From an uncultured Thermoleophilaceae bacterium (GTDB lineage Bacteria > Actinomycetota > Thermoleophilia > Solirubrobacterales > JACPNS01), in NCBI GenBank assembly GCA_964455545.1, contig CAYVWQ010000008.1, positions 5,574-69,573 on the forward strand: a stretch of DNA of 64,000 bases, in the 5' to 3' direction. The translations under genes were made by a program, and so were the position numbers. Shown here in pieces: positions 30,502-45,296 of this stretch. The notes beneath the pieces are model-generated. The model ran no database searches. It was not told the DNA's origin and saw only the letters and a list, made by a program, of their open reading frames with translations. Positions within the stretch are counted from its first letter, which is position 1. Each line of letters opens with the position of its first letter.

Positions 30502-31433
30502 TACTGCTCAGGGTGCAGCGTTTCGTCGCGATCGAGTTCAGTGTCCTCGAAGGAAACGGGATCCTCGAGCGGCTCGAGGTGGGTGAAGATCGTCGCTGTC
30601 TCGAACAGTTCGCGGAGGTCGGCCTCGATGTTCTCGGCCGTGTCGTGGCCCTGCTGCACGCTCCAGTCGCCGGGTACCAACACGTGCAGTGAGATGAACG
30701 CGCGGTGCGCCGCGCGCCTGGTGCGCAGGGCGTGGAAGGAGAGCCCCATCGCGCGGTAGTCGTCGAGCACCTTCTCGACGCGCTCGATCTCCTCGGGTTC
30801 GAGCGCACGGTCGAGCAGTCCCGACAGCGCCCCGCGTACCAGCGCGACGCCCGTGACAACGATGTTGACGGCGACGATCAGGGCGATCACCGGGTCGAGT
30901 CGTTCGACGCCCGTCAACGCGACCAACGCAACGCCGGCGATCACGCCGATCGACGTAAAGACGTCGGTCATCAAGTGGCGGCCGTCGGCCAGCAGCGTCA
31001 TCGAGGATTCATCGCGTCCGCCGCGGATCAATCTCAGGGCGACGGCGAGATTGATCACCGCGGCGACGGCGGTGACGGCAAGACCGATTCCGACCGACTC
31101 CAGCGCGACCGGATTGATCAGGCGCTCGACGGCCGGCACGGCGATCAGCAGCGCGGCGACGATGATCATCGCGCCCTCGGCGCCGGCCGAGAGGTAGTCG
31201 GCCTTGTCGTGCCCGTAGGCGTGGTCCTCGTCGGCCGGCTGTCCGGCCCAGCGGATCACGATCAGCGCGACGACGGCCGCGGCGAGGTTGACGAGCGACT
31301 CGGCGGCGTCGGCCAGCAGTCCGATCGAGCCCGTGATCAGCCAGGCGGCCGTCTTCAGGCCGATCGTCAGCACGGCGGCCGCGATTGCCAGGTAGATCAG
31401 GTGCAGCAGCCGTCGCTGGCGTGCGTCTGTCAT
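30498..31433 (-). CDS. Cation diffusion facilitator (FieF-like) transporter
   Basis: LLADAAESLVN, HAYGHDKADY, LADGRHLMTDV, VQQGHD, HLEP; start MTDARQRR. Confidence 0.95.
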   Translation of the reverse strand: MTDARQRRLLHLIYLAIAAAVLTIGLKTAAWLITGSIGLLADAAESLVNLAAAVVALIVIRWAGQPADEDHAYGHDKADYLSAGAEGAMIIVAALLIAVPAVERLINPVALESVGIGLAVTAVAAVINLAVALRLIRGGRDESSMTLLADGRHLMTDVFTSIGVIAGVALVALTGVERLDPVIALIVAVNIVVTGVALVRGALSGLLDRALEPEEIERVEKVLDDYRAMGLSFHALRTRRAAHRAFISLHVLVPGDWSVQQGHDTAENIEADLRELFETATIFTHLEPLEDPVSFEDTELDRDETLHPEQY

Positions 31434-31502
31434 TTCCCCGCTTGACACGGGGGAAAGACTACGGGGAGCCGCGCCTTTCGCAGCGCTGTAGGATACGAAC
31501 AT

Positions 31503-34946
<3,444 letters not shown>

Positions 34947-34958
34947 ACACCCACCGAC

Positions 34959-34974
34959 GCGGCGTTCGCGCCGC
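34959..34974 (+). terminator. GC hairpin without U-tract between dnaE2 and cheB
   Basis: GCGGCG-TTCG-CGCCGC. Confidence 0.35.
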
Positions 34975-35005
34975 AGAACTCACTGCCGAGAACGAAGACA
35001 TCCAG

Positions 35006-36070
35006 ATGAGTGCAACCCGTCCAGCGACCGGGGCAACCCCACGTGTTGTCGTCGCCGACGATTCGGCGTTCATGCGCCGGCTGATTTCGGACGTGCTCAA
35101 GCGCGACGGTATGGAGGTCGTCGCCGAAGCCGCCAACGGTCGCGAGGCGATCGAGGCGTGCCGCCAGCACGAGCCCGACGTGCTCTCGCTCGACCTCGCG
35201 ATGCCCGAGGTCGACGGACTCGAGGTGCTGCGCAAGCTACGCAGCATGCGCGAAATGAAGATCGTCGTCGTCTCGTCGTTCAGCGAGCAGAGCGGAATCC
35301 GCGCCGTCGACGCGCTCGCCGAAGGCGCCTTCGAGCTCGTGCCCAAGCGTTCGACCGGCGGAAAACTCCAAGACTTTCTCGACGACCTTCTCTCGAAGAT
35401 CCAGGCCGCGACGTTCGAGCGGAAGTCCCCGCGCATCGCCTTGACACCGGCACCACAGCCCGAACCGCCGCCGCGCAAGCGGATCGAGCGCTCTCTGCTC
35501 AAGCCCGAAAGCGCGCGACTCGTGATCGTCGCCTCTTCCACCGGCGGCCCGCGCGCGCTGACGGCCGTCGCGCAGAAGTTCCCCGGAGAGCTCGGCGCGG
35601 GGCTGGTGATCGTTCAGCACATGCCGGCCGGGTTCACCAAGTCGCTGGCCAACCGACTCGACTCCGACACCCCGCTGAACATCGCCGAAGCCGAGCCGGG
35701 CGCGAAGATCGACGCGAATCACGGCTGGGTTGCGCCCGGCGGCAGCCACCTGCGAATCAGACGTAGGCGCGTCGAACTTTCCGACGAACCGCCGGTCGGT
35801 GGTCTGCGGCCGTGCGCAGACATTGCGATCACCGACGCCGTCAAGGAGTACGGCGGCAACATCCTTTTGGTCGTGCTCACCGGTATGGGGCGCGACGCCT
35901 GCAAGGGCGCGGGACTGGTGCGCGACGCCGGCGGTGTGGTGATCGTCGAGCACGGCGACACGACGACCGTCAACGGCATGCCGCGCGCCGTCGCCGAGGC
36001 AGGACTCGCAGACGCCGTTCTGCCGATCGATGAGATCGGAGAGACGGTCGTGGAGGCGGCAGGTGGCTGA
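35006..36070 (+). CDS. cheB: Chemotaxis methylesterase with receiver domain
   Basis: VVADDSAFMR receiver; ASSTGGPRAL, VQHMPAGFT, LTGMGRDA. Confidence 0.96.
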   Translation: MSATRPATGATPRVVVADDSAFMRRLISDVLKRDGMEVVAEAANGREAIEACRQHEPDVLSLDLAMPEVDGLEVLRKLRSMREMKIVVVSSFSEQSGIRAVDALAEGAFELVPKRSTGGKLQDFLDDLLSKIQAATFERKSPRIALTPAPQPEPPPRKRIERSLLKPESARLVIVASSTGGPRALTAVAQKFPGELGAGLVIVQHMPAGFTKSLANRLDSDTPLNIAEAEPGAKIDANHGWVAPGGSHLRIRRRRVELSDEPPVGGLRPCADIAITDAVKEYGGNILLVVLTGMGRDACKGAGLVRDAGGVVIVEHGDTTTVNGMPRAVAEAGLADAVLPIDEIGETVVEAAGG

Positions 36071-37001
36071 ACGGTTCAACCCGAGGAGCGACCGCCCGAA
36101 GACCCGCAACCCGTTCGTGAAGAACGAGCAGGGGCGGCCGCTGCCGTACGTGCCGGAGCCACAGAAGCCGCTGCCACCCGGCGACTTCGAGAACTTCTGT
36201 GCCGGCGTCAAGGAACTGCTGGGCGTCGATCTGTCGCTGTACAAGCGCAAACAGATGGAGCGTCGTGCGCGCGGGCTCGCGTCGCGCAACCACGCCGAGA
36301 CGCTCTCCGAATACCTCGACATGCTGAAGAAGGACGCCGTCCTGCTCGACCGTTTCATGGAGCGGATGACGATCACGGTCAGCCAGCTCTGGCGCAACAC
36401 CGACATCTTCGACGCGCTCGAGGAGGAGATCCTGCCGGAGCTCGACGCGAACGCCGGAGGCAGAAGACTGAAACTGTGGTCGGCCGGGTGCTCATACGGC
36501 GCTGAGCCGTACACGCTCGCCGCGGTCTGCCTTGAAATGGGTCCGAAGCTCAGGAGCCTCCCGCAGATCAAGGGCACCGACATCAACCCGCGGATGATCG
36601 AGCGCGCGCGCAAGGGCAGCTTCACCGACGAGGATGCGCGCGACGCACCGCCGCGGCTGCTGCAGAAGTACTTCTCACGCACGCCTGCCGGCTGGACGGC
36701 CAAGGACCAGCTGAAGGGGATCGTCTCGTTCAAGGTCGAGGACCTGTTCCCGTCGAAGAATGACACCGTGAAGACCGATGCAGTGGACCTGATCCTTTTC
36801 CGCAATGTGGCCATCCATTTCGAGCGCGAGCGCCGCGACGAGGTGCACGCGATCCTCGCCGACGCACTGCTGCCCGGCGGCATGCTGGTGCTCGGCTCCA
36901 CGGAGATGATCGTCAACCCGGCCGAGCTGGGCCTGGAGCGCGCCCGCCCGTTCATGTTCCGCAAGCTCGCAGAACCGCAGTTCGGGGAGGCCGTCGCCTG
37001 A
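36063..37001 (+). CDS. cheR: Chemotaxis methyltransferase
   Basis: ITVSQLWRN, LKLWSAGCSYGAEPYTLA, GTDIN, DLILFRNVAIHF. Confidence 0.95.
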   Translation: MAERFNPRSDRPKTRNPFVKNEQGRPLPYVPEPQKPLPPGDFENFCAGVKELLGVDLSLYKRKQMERRARGLASRNHAETLSEYLDMLKKDAVLLDRFMERMTITVSQLWRNTDIFDALEEEILPELDANAGGRRLKLWSAGCSYGAEPYTLAAVCLEMGPKLRSLPQIKGTDINPRMIERARKGSFTDEDARDAPPRLLQKYFSRTPAGWTAKDQLKGIVSFKVEDLFPSKNDTVKTDAVDLILFRNVAIHFERERRDEVHAILADALLPGGMLVLGSTEMIVNPAELGLERARPFMFRKLAEPQFGEAVA

Positions 37002-38701
37002 TGGCGATCAACGACTCCGAGTACGTCGAACTCTTCCTCGCCGAGGCGCGTGAGAACCTCGAGACGTTGAACAACGCCGTCGTCGGAATCGAGTCCGACC
37101 CGTCCGACCGCGCCAACCTCGACGCGGTCTTTCGCGTCGCCCACTCCGTCAAGGGAATGGCCGCGACGATGGGATACGACCAGGTCGCCGAGCTGACGCA
37201 CGCGATGGAAGACGCCTTCGCGCTGTTGCGCGAGCGCTCTGGTGGCCTGCAGCGCGACGCGATCGACGTCCTGTTCGAGTGCCTCGACATGCTTTCGAAG
37301 ATGGTCGACGAGATCGCCGCCGACGGCGAGTCGAAGACCGACCCGGACGCCCTGGAGCAGCGCCTGCGCGGACTCATCCGCACCCAGGATGAGACCTCGG
37401 GCGAAGCCCGCGCCGCCGTTGAAGAGGCCGTCGTCACCGCGACCGACGAGGAGGCCGCCGCCGACCTGGTCGGCGCCGCCGTGCGCGACGCGCAGTCGCG
37501 GGCGACCGTCCGCGTGGAGGCGGCCCGACTCGACAACCTCCTGCACATGATCGGCGAGCTCGTCGTGCGCCGCAGCGCCGTCGAGCAACTGGCCGCGGAG
37601 ACCGGCGAACAGCGGTTGCTGGCGGCGGTGGGAGAATTGACGCGTGCCTCACAGTCGGTCCAGGACATGGTCATGCGCGTTCGCATGGTGCCGATCGACA
37701 CTGCCTTCGCACGCCTGCCGCGACTGGTCCGCGACCTCTCGCATCAGCTGGGCAAAGAGATCGATCTGGTCATTGAGGGTCGCGACACCGAGCTCGACCG
37801 CACGGCGGTCGACGCCCTTGTAGAGCCGTTGATGCACCTCGTGCGCAACGCGATCGACCACGGGATCGAGCTTCCCGAAGAGCGCAAAGCCGCCGGCAAG
37901 GCCGAGAAAGGAGTGCTTCGCATCGCCGCCCGCCATGAAGGTGGCGAGGTTGTCATCGCGATCAGCGACGACGGCGCAGGCGTGGATCTCGATGCCGTCG
38001 CGAAGCGCGCGGCCGAGCGCGGCCTGATCGACGCCGAGACTGCGGCTCGGATCGAGCCGTCTCAGGCGGTCGAACTGCTGTTCACGCCCGGGTTCTCGAC
38101 TCGCGCCGAGGTGACCGACGTCTCCGGTCGCGGCGTCGGAATGGACGCGGTCCGCTCTGCCGTGCGAGGGTTCGGCGGCGACGTGAGCGTCACTTCTGAG
38201 AAGGGCCGGGGCACGACCACTGAGCTGCGGATGCCGCTCACGCTCGCGATTCTTCCCGCCCTGGTGGTCCGCGCCGCGGGTGATCCCTACGCCCTGCAGC
38301 TGGACCGCGTCGACCGCACCTTCAAGCTCGAGGAGGTCAAGCTCACGACCACCGCAGGCCAACCGGTGGTCGTGTTCGATGAGGGCGCGATGCCCGTCGT
38401 CGACCTTTCCGAGGCATTCGATCGACCGTCCGCAGACGGCTCGGACCGGTTCATGGTCACGGTCCGCTCTGCCGATAGACAACTTGCTCTGCTGGTTGAC
38501 GAAATGGTCGGACGGCGCGAGCTGGTCACCCGCCCGGTGCCTGAGCGGATTCGCAGGGATTCGCCGGTTTCAGGCGGCGCGGTGCTGGCGAGCGGTGAGA
38601 TTGCCTTCATCGTCGACTGTGAAGAGCTGATTCGAAGAACACTTGTCGACCCGGTCCAGGGGGCGGTCCCCGAGATCGGCGTCGCGGCAGCAATCGAGTA
38701 A
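37001..38701 (+). CDS. cheA: Chemotaxis histidine kinase (no P2 domain evident)
   Basis: Hpt FRVAHSVKG, dimerisation domain, HLVRNAIDHG, DDGAG, FTPGFST, GRGVGMD, C-terminal CheW-like P5. Confidence 0.97.
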   Translation: MAINDSEYVELFLAEARENLETLNNAVVGIESDPSDRANLDAVFRVAHSVKGMAATMGYDQVAELTHAMEDAFALLRERSGGLQRDAIDVLFECLDMLSKMVDEIAADGESKTDPDALEQRLRGLIRTQDETSGEARAAVEEAVVTATDEEAAADLVGAAVRDAQSRATVRVEAARLDNLLHMIGELVVRRSAVEQLAAETGEQRLLAAVGELTRASQSVQDMVMRVRMVPIDTAFARLPRLVRDLSHQLGKEIDLVIEGRDTELDRTAVDALVEPLMHLVRNAIDHGIELPEERKAAGKAEKGVLRIAARHEGGEVVIAISDDGAGVDLDAVAKRAAERGLIDAETAARIEPSQAVELLFTPGFSTRAEVTDVSGRGVGMDAVRSAVRGFGGDVSVTSEKGRGTTTELRMPLTLAILPALVVRAAGDPYALQLDRVDRTFKLEEVKLTTTAGQPVVVFDEGAMPVVDLSEAFDRPSADGSDRFMVTVRSADRQLALLVDEMVGRRELVTRPVPERIRRDSPVSGGAVLASGEIAFIVDCEELIRRTLVDPVQGAVPEIGVAAAIE

Positions 38702-38710
38702 AGAGGATCC

Positions 38711-39331
38711 ATGAATATGCTGATGCCACTCGGCGAGCCCGCACCGCCGATTTCCGATGAGCAGCAGAGCGCGCTCAGCCAGGTCGCCGAGACGATCTCG
38801 GAGAAGGCCACTGATGCGTTCTCGAAGCTGCTCGGATCCGACGTTTCCGCCAAGGTCCCGGATCTTGAGGTGCTCCCGCTGAACGAGGCGGTCGAGCGCC
38901 TCGGCTCGCCCAGCGAGCAGGTCACCGCGGCATGGCTGCCCGTCGTGGGTCAGATCGAGGCCAGCGTACTGCTGCTTTTTGATCCCGAGGGCGAGAAGCA
39001 GATCTACGACGTCCTCGGACTTGAGCCCTACACCGAGATGGCCCGCTCAGCCCTGCAGGAGATGGCGAACATCATCGGCACCCAGTACGTCTTCGGCATC
39101 GCCGAGTCGTGCGGTCTGACTTTCGAGCCCGAGCCGCCAGAGGTGTCTGAAGGCATGCTCGGTGCCGTGCTCTCGACCGTCCTCGCGATGTCGACGGTCG
39201 TCACCAACTACGCGGTCCTCGTCGACACGCAGCTGAAGGTTGAAAAGAACGACTGCACCGTGCGGTTCCTCTTCATTCCCAGCGACACCAGCGTCGAAGC
39301 GCTGATTTCCAACATCGGTTCTGCTTCATGA
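38711..39331 (+). CDS. cheC: CheY-P phosphatase CheC
   Basis: SALQEMANII motif and a degenerate first motif (SALSQVAETI); followed by cheD. Confidence 0.85.
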   Translation: MNMLMPLGEPAPPISDEQQSALSQVAETISEKATDAFSKLLGSDVSAKVPDLEVLPLNEAVERLGSPSEQVTAAWLPVVGQIEASVLLLFDPEGEKQIYDVLGLEPYTEMARSALQEMANIIGTQYVFGIAESCGLTFEPEPPEVSEGMLGAVLSTVLAMSTVVTNYAVLVDTQLKVEKNDCTVRFLFIPSDTSVEALISNIGSAS

Positions 39332-39966
39332 ACGGCCCCGCGGATTCATCCGCGGTCAACCTGATCCCCGTGCGCATGGGGGAGCTGGCCGTCTCAAACG
39401 ATTCGTCCGACGTCCTCTCGGTCGTCGGCCTCGGATCCTGTGTGGCGGTCGTGCTTGTCGCGCCGCAGAAGCGCGCCGCAGCTCTGGCCCACGTTGTGTT
39501 GCCGGAAGCACGGATGACGGGGGGTCGCGAGGCGCCGCCCGGCAAGTTCGCCGACACGGCGGTTGCGGCGATGCTCTACGGCCTGCGCGCGCTGCGCGTA
39601 AAGCCGGAGGACCTTTACGCGGTGCTCGTCGGTGGTTCGACGATGTTCGGTCACTCCCACAGTTCGAAGCTCGCCGGCGTCGGCGACCGTAACGTCGAGG
39701 CAGTTCGTGAGCAGCTGACCCGTAACGGGATCGGCGTCGCCTCGGAGGATGTCGGCGGCACATCGGGTCGCAGCGTTCACCTCGCGCTCGACGACCTGCA
39801 GGTGTTCGTCCGCAGTGGTGCCGGCGAACCGGTAAAACTCCCGTCCTCTCCCGTGCCGATGCAGGTAAAGGTTTCTGAAATCCCGTCCGATCTGGTGGAA
39901 GAGCCGTTTCCGGAGGACATCTGGAAGACGGAGCCAGCCAACACGACCCACCAGGAAGCTCAGTAA
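39328..39966 (+). CDS. cheD: Chemoreceptor glutamine deamidase CheD
   Basis: GLGSCVAV, AHVVLP, KFADTAV, GGSTMF, GDRNVEA, DVGGTSGRS. Confidence 0.93.
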   Translation: MNGPADSSAVNLIPVRMGELAVSNDSSDVLSVVGLGSCVAVVLVAPQKRAAALAHVVLPEARMTGGREAPPGKFADTAVAAMLYGLRALRVKPEDLYAVLVGGSTMFGHSHSSKLAGVGDRNVEAVREQLTRNGIGVASEDVGGTSGRSVHLALDDLQVFVRSGAGEPVKLPSSPVPMQVKVSEIPSDLVEEPFPEDIWKTEPANTTHQEAQ

Positions 39967-39970
39967 CCCG

Positions 39971-40333
39971 ATGGCGACAGTTCTGATTGCAGACGACTCG
40001 ATGTTCATGCGCAAGCGCCTGAACGACATCCTCTCCGGTGAGGGGCACGACGTGATCGGTGAAGCCGAGGACGGGGAAGAGGCGATCCACATGTATCGCT
40101 CGTTGCAGCCGGAACTCGTGATGCTGGACATCACGATGCCGGAGCGCAACGGGATGGGCGCACTCAACCACATCATGGCCACGTCGCCCGAAGCTCGCGT
40201 GATCATGTGCAGCGCCCTCGGCGAGGAGACGGTCGTGCAGGAATGCATCGACACGGGCGCCAAGGCGTTCGTTGTCAAGCCGTTCGACCCCGACGAGGTC
40301 GTATCGGCCGTCGGCGAAGCGCTCGCAGCCTGA
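39971..40333 (+). CDS. cheY: Chemotaxis response regulator
   Basis: ADDSMFMR, MLDITMP, CSALG, FVVKPF; stand-alone receiver domain. Confidence 0.95.
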   Translation: MATVLIADDSMFMRKRLNDILSGEGHDVIGEAEDGEEAIHMYRSLQPELVMLDITMPERNGMGALNHIMATSPEARVIMCSALGEETVVQECIDTGAKAFVVKPFDPDEVVSAVGEALAA

Positions 40334-40390
40334 CTTTCCGCACGCAGTACCCCCGGTAGGGAGGGCGGCGCCCGCGGCGAACCCGAAAGC

Positions 40391-41833
40391 GTGGCGAGCG
40401 ATCTGTCCCAGATTGAGAGCCGTGCGACAAGCTCGGTCTATCAGCGCATGCTGCCGCAGTGGTTTCTCGACCTCGACGCGGCGCGCAAGCCCCTGGCGAT
40501 CGTCGGAATCGTTCTGCTGGGCACCGTGCCCCTGCTTGCGCTGGCGGTGATCGCTGCCGGCGACCTGCATTCGCAGACCCAGGAGCTGGCCGACCTGATG
40601 AATCAGCCGACCGCCGACGTCGGCGAGATCAGCTCGCTGGCCAACGGCATCCACTCCGACTACGTCCGGTACGCGGTCTTCCTGATCGGGGCGCTTCTGT
40701 GGGCGACGTTCGTCGCCGTCGGCGGCGCCTACATCGCCGCCCAGGTCGCAGCGCACTGGGTGTTGTCGTTGACGCGCGCAGCGCATCGGATTGCCGACGG
40801 CGACCTCACGACCGAGGTCCTGCGCGACAACGAGAGCCAGGTTGGCGACATTCAGGAGTCGATGGGGAAGATGACTGCGTCGTTCCGCGCGACGGTCATG
40901 CGCATCGAGCGCGCGGCCGAGCAGTTGACGCAGGCGGCGAGCTCGATGGCCGAGACCTCGGACGGCTCCGGACGCGCGATCGGCGAGGTCGCGCAGTCGA
41001 TCAGCTCGATCAGCGAGGGCGCCGGGCACCAGGTTGCGCTGATCACCAACGCCTCATCGGTTGTTGCCGAGATCGAGAGTTCGGTCCTCGACGCCGCGAG
41101 GCACGCCGACGCGGCGCAGCGCGAGAGCGCCGAGACCGAGCGTCTGACAGAGATCGGGGTCGAGCGCGCCACGGAGATTCAGGCGGCGATGCAGACAGTC
41201 CGCGACGCGACCCAGTCGACCGTCGAGACGGTCCGTTCGCTCGAGGCGACTTCGGCCGACATCGACGAGATAGTCCGGACGATCTCGTCGATCGCCGGCC
41301 AGACGAATCTGCTGGCGCTGAACGCTGCGATCGAGGCCGCGCGTGCAGGCGAGCAGGGGCGCGGCTTCGCCGTGGTGGCCGAGGAGGTGCGCAAGCTCGC
41401 AGAGGACTCACAGTCCTCGGCCGAGGGGATCGCCGGCCTGATCGACGACATCCAGCGCCAGACGGTGCAGGCCGTGACGGCGATGGATGCCGGCATGTCG
41501 ACGGTCGAGGGCGGCCTTGAGGCCGTCAACCGCAACCGGCAGATGTTCTTTGACATCAGCGGCGCAGTCCAGCTGTTCCACGAGAGCTCGGTCGAGATCG
41601 CCGGACTCGCCGCTTCGATCGCCACCGACGCCGGCCGGGTGCGCGAGCGGATCGAAGAGGTCGCCTCGGTCGCCGAGGAGTCGAGCGCGTCGACCGAGCA
41701 GGTCTCGGCCTCGACGCAGCAGACTTCCGCCTCCTCCCAGCAGCTCACCGCGGCGGCCCAGCGCGTCTCCGAAACGGCCGTCAGCCTGCGCGAGCTGGCC
41801 GGACGCTTCATCGTCGACGGGGGTGCTCCTTGA
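40391..41833 (+). CDS. Methyl-accepting chemotaxis protein, type A (pair 1)
   Basis: 2 [40 protein letters not shown]. Confidence 0.95.
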   Translation: MASDLSQIESRATSSVYQRMLPQWFLDLDAARKPLAIVGIVLLGTVPLLALAVIAAGDLHSQTQELADLMNQPTADVGEISSLANGIHSDYVRYAVFLIGALLWATFVAVGGAYIAAQVAAHWVLSLTRAAHRIADGDLTTEVLRDNESQVGDIQESMGKMTASFRATVMRIERAAEQLTQAASSMAETSDGSGRAIGEVAQSISSISEGAGHQVALITNASSVVAEIESSVLDAARHADAAQRESAETERLTEIGVERATEIQAAMQTVRDATQSTVETVRSLEATSADIDEIVRTISSIAGQTNLLALNAAIEAARAGEQGRGFAVVAEEVRKLAEDSQSSAEGIAGLIDDIQRQTVQAVTAMDAGMSTVEGGLEAVNRNRQMFFDISGAVQLFHESSVEIAGLAASIATDAGRVRERIEEVASVAEESSASTEQVSASTQQTSASSQQLTAAAQRVSETAVSLRELAGRFIVDGGAP

Positions 41834-43239
41834 TCCGTTGGATGCGGTCGGTCTCGCTGCGGCGGGCGTACACGATCTCGACGCTGGGCTACACCGTGCC
41901 GCTGCTGCTGATGGCGATTGCGCTCGTGGTCTACGCACACGGCGTCGCGTCCGACGCCGAGACGCTGGCGACCGAGGCCGAGGCGGCCGCCCAGACCCGG
42001 CCGTCGGGTGAACGCGACCAGGTGAAGACGGCCGAACTCTCGCCGGCTCCCGACTTCACGGACCTTTCGAAGGAGTTTGCGCTGGTCGTGCTGGCCGGGG
42101 CGCTGCTCGGCGGCCTGTTCACGCGCCGAGCCCTGACCGACGTGTTGATGCGCGAGACGTACGTCCTGGTGGACGCGACTCGCACCGCCGCCGGAGGCGA
42201 CCTGACGCCGGAGGTCGAGCCGAACATGATCAACGAGTACGGGGCGCTGCAGGCAGGGGTTCGCGACGTCTTCGGCGCCTTTCGCACCACGATCAGCAGG
42301 ATCACAGCCGCTTCGCTCGAGATGCGCGGAGCGGCAGACGAGATGACCCACACCTCAGATGAGTCGGGGCGCGCGATCAACGAGGTCGCCGTTGCCGTCG
42401 GCGCGATAAGCGAAGGTGCCGCGCACCAGTCGAACCTGATTTCGGACGTTTCAGACGTGATGGCGGACATCGAACGCACGATCAAGGACACGTCCGAGCA
42501 CGCCATCGAGGCGCAGCGCCAGTCGGCCGAGACCGAGCAGCTCGCGCAGAGCGGCGTCGCGGCCGCGAGCGAGGTGCTCGACGCGATGCAGTCGGTGCGG
42601 AGCGAATCGCTCGGCACGGCAGACGTGATCCGCGAGCTCGGCGACAAGTCGAAGAGCATCGATCAGATCGTCCGCGCGATCGCCGACATCGCCCAGCAGA
42701 CGAACATGCTTGCGCTCAACGCCTCGATCGAGGCGGCGCGGGCCGGCGAGGCCGGCAAGGGATTCGGCAACGTCGCCGACGAAGTCCGTGCGTTGGCCGA
42801 CGACGCGCAGCGCTCCGCCGACCAGATCGCGGCGCTCGTCGATCAGATCCAGTCGCAGACCGGAGCGGCCGTCGACGCGATGGAGGAGGCCGTCGTGGCG
42901 GTCGAGGAGGGGTTCGAAACGATCAACAGCAACCGTCAGACCTTCTTCGACATCTCGACGGCCGTCCAGAGCCTGCACCAGGTCGCGAGCGACGTCAGCG
43001 AGCTCTCGACGGGAATCGCGCTCGGCGCCGGACAGGTGCGCCAGCAGCTCGAAGAGGTCGCTGCGGTGGCGCAGCAGTCGAGCGCGTCGACCGAAGAAGT
43101 GTCGGCCGCGACGGAGGAAACGTCAGCGGGCGCCGCCGATGTCAGCGAGGCGGCGCGACAGGTTGCTCAGACCGCGCACAACCTTGCCGAACTCGCTGGA
43201 CGATTCACGCTCCCGGAGGGGTTCAGTCAAGGGCGCTGA
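41830..43239 (+). CDS. Methyl-accepting chemotaxis protein, type B (pair 1)
   Basis: 2 [40 protein letters not shown]; TTGA overlap. Confidence 0.93.
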   Translation: MIRWMRSVSLRRAYTISTLGYTVPLLLMAIALVVYAHGVASDAETLATEAEAAAQTRPSGERDQVKTAELSPAPDFTDLSKEFALVVLAGALLGGLFTRRALTDVLMRETYVLVDATRTAAGGDLTPEVEPNMINEYGALQAGVRDVFGAFRTTISRITAASLEMRGAADEMTHTSDESGRAINEVAVAVGAISEGAAHQSNLISDVSDVMADIERTIKDTSEHAIEAQRQSAETEQLAQSGVAAASEVLDAMQSVRSESLGTADVIRELGDKSKSIDQIVRAIADIAQQTNMLALNASIEAARAGEAGKGFGNVADEVRALADDAQRSADQIAALVDQIQSQTGAAVDAMEEAVVAVEEGFETINSNRQTFFDISTAVQSLHQVASDVSELSTGIALGAGQVRQQLEEVAAVAQQSSASTEEVSAATEETSAGAADVSEAARQVAQTAHNLAELAGRFTLPEGFSQGR

Positions 43240-43314
43240 CGACCGATAAGGCAACGAGTGGCTGCGGCCGGGGGACGCGTCCAACCACTTTCGATTCAAG
43301 GGGACAAGCAGACA

Positions 43315-43797
43315 GTGAGCTCAGCAGAAGGCACGATCGCCAAGCAACTCGTGGTGTTCGTACTCGGGAACGAGGAGTACGGCCTGCCGATCCAGACCGT
43401 TCAGGAGGTGATCCGCTTCCAGCAGCCGCGCACGGTGTCGAGTTCCGACCCGTCACTGCTCGGCGTGATCAATCTGCGCGGCCGCATCGTTCCGGTCCAC
43501 GACGTCCGTCCCCAGCTGAACATCGCCCATGATCCGCTCCCGACGGTCGGCGATGAGCAGGACGAGGACGACGAGAAGATCGTGCTCGTGAACATCGACG
43601 ATCGCATGGCGGGAGTCGTGGTCGACGACGTTTCTGAGGTACTCACCGTCGAGGCCGACGAATTCGAGGACCTTCCAGCGTCGGGCAACCAGGTCGTGGA
43701 CGGCGTGGTCAAGGCCGGCGATCGTCTGATCATCCTGCTCGACCCGCATGCGCTGACCAGCCTTGCCGACGGCGACGAGGCCGTCGCGGCGGCCTGA
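43315..43797 (+). CDS. cheW: Chemotaxis adaptor CheW
   Basis: [43 protein letters not shown]; the start could be 43258. Confidence 0.95.
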   Translation: MSSAEGTIAKQLVVFVLGNEEYGLPIQTVQEVIRFQQPRTVSSSDPSLLGVINLRGRIVPVHDVRPQLNIAHDPLPTVGDEQDEDDEKIVLVNIDDRMAGVVVDDVSEVLTVEADEFEDLPASGNQVVDGVVKAGDRLIILLDPHALTSLADGDEAVAAA

Positions 43798-43799
43798 GC

Positions 43800-45296
43800 A
43801 TGCCGGCCGACCGCCCGGACAACCGCAAGGGCGCAACCCGGCTACTGCCAACGTTTTACGTCGACCTCGATGTAGAGGTCAAGCCCTTGGTCGGCTCGGT
43901 GCTCGTGCTGGCCGGGCTGATACCGGCGCTCGTGATTGCGTGGATCAGCTCGCGCCACGCGGAGGCGAGCCAGACCTCGATCGACTCGCTGCTCGCCTCT
44001 GGCACGGGAACGAAAGCTCAGCTGATGCGGCTGACCGAGACGATGAGCGATCAGGTCCGAACGATGCGCATTTCAATTCTTTTCGGCGCGCTCTGGGCGT
44101 TTTTTGTCCCGCTGATTCAGGTTCATCTTTCCACGAAGCTCTCCCACGACTGGCTACTGAACCTCGCCGAGGCGGCCGACGAGATCGCGGACGGCGACCT
44201 GACGCGCGAGGTCGTTCGCGACAACGGCAGCCAGATCGGTGACATCCAGGAGGCGATCGGCAAGATGACCGCGTCCTTCCGCGCCACGATCCAGCGCATC
44301 GAGTCGGCGTCGGACGAACTCCGCGGCGCCGCCGGCGAGATGGTCCACACCTCTGACGAAGCCGGACACGCGATCGGTGAAGTCGCTCAGGCGATAAGCG
44401 CGATCAGCGAGGGTGCCTCGCATCAGGTCGACATGGTCACACAGACCTCTGAAGTGGTCGGGGAGATCGAGCGGTCCGTGCGAGATACAGCCGAACACGC
44501 CGCACGCGCGCGGCAACAGAGCGCCGACACCGAGGCGCTGACCGACGAGGGCGTGCACCGCGCCACCGAGGTTCAGGAAGCGATGCAGAGCGTCCGCGAG
44601 ACGTCGCTCGCGACCCAGGAGATGGTCCGCTCGCTCGGTGAAAAGTCAACGAACATCGACCAGATCGTCCAGTCGATCACCGATATCGCCGCCCAGACCA
44701 ACCTGCTCGCACTCAACGCCGCGATCGAGGCCGCGCGCGCCGGCGAACAGGGCCGCGGCTTCGCCGTCGTGGCCGAGGAGGTGCGCAAGCTCGCTGAGGA
44801 CGCGCAGGAATCTGCCGGCGACATCGCCGAGCTGATCCTCGACGTGCGCGCGCAGACCGAGAGCGCGGTGCGCGCGATGGAGGACGGGGTCGAGATCGTC
44901 GAACGCGGCTTCGACACCGTCAACCGAAACCGCCAGACCTTTTTCGACATCAGCGGGTCGGTGCGCGCCCTGCACGAGAGCTCGCTCGAAATCAGCGAGC
45001 TTGCCGGGGGCATCGCAAGCGACGCCAGCTCCGTGCGCGGCCAGATCGAAGAGGTCGCATCCGTCGCGCAGCAGTCGAGCGCGTCGACGCAGCAGGTCTC
45101 GGCCTCGACGCAGCAGACTTCTGCGGCGGCCCAAGAGGTCACCGCATCGGCTCACCGGGTGGCGCAGACCGCCGACAATCTCGCGACGCTCGCGCGGCGC
45201 TACAAGCTCACGGAGGCGGGCGTAAGGGCGATGCCGGAGCAGCGCGAGCCTGACCTGGCCGGCGAAGCCGCCGCCTCGAAGGGGCAGGCAGCATGA
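43800..45296 (+). CDS. Methyl-accepting chemotaxis protein, type A (pair 2)
   Basis: 2 TM, HAMP, canonical tip motif. Confidence 0.95.
   Translation: MPADRPDNRKGATRLLPTFYVDLDVEVKPLVGSVLVLAGLIPALVIAWISSRHAEASQTSIDSLLASGTGTKAQLMRLTETMSDQVRTMRISILFGALWAFFVPLIQVHLSTKLSHDWLLNLAEAADEIADGDLTREVVRDNGSQIGDIQEAIGKMTASFRATIQRIESASDELRGAAGEMVHTSDEAGHAIGEVAQAISAISEGASHQVDMVTQTSEVVGEIERSVRDTAEHAARARQQSADTEALTDEGVHRATEVQEAMQSVRETSLATQEMVRSLGEKSTNIDQIVQSITDIAAQTNLLALNAAIEAARAGEQGRGFAVVAEEVRKLAEDAQESAGDIAELILDVRAQTESAVRAMEDGVEIVERGFDTVNRNRQTFFDISGSVRALHESSLEISELAGGIASDASSVRGQIEEVASVAQQSSASTQQVSASTQQTSAAAQEVTASAHRVAQTADNLATLARRYKLTEAGVRAMPEQREPDLAGEAAASKGQAA

Noticed and set aside
31434-31502. MFVS start for the CDF gene on the minus strand
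   Set aside because: This is an artefact of the palindromic LexA box; MTDARQRR at 31433 is the more plausible start
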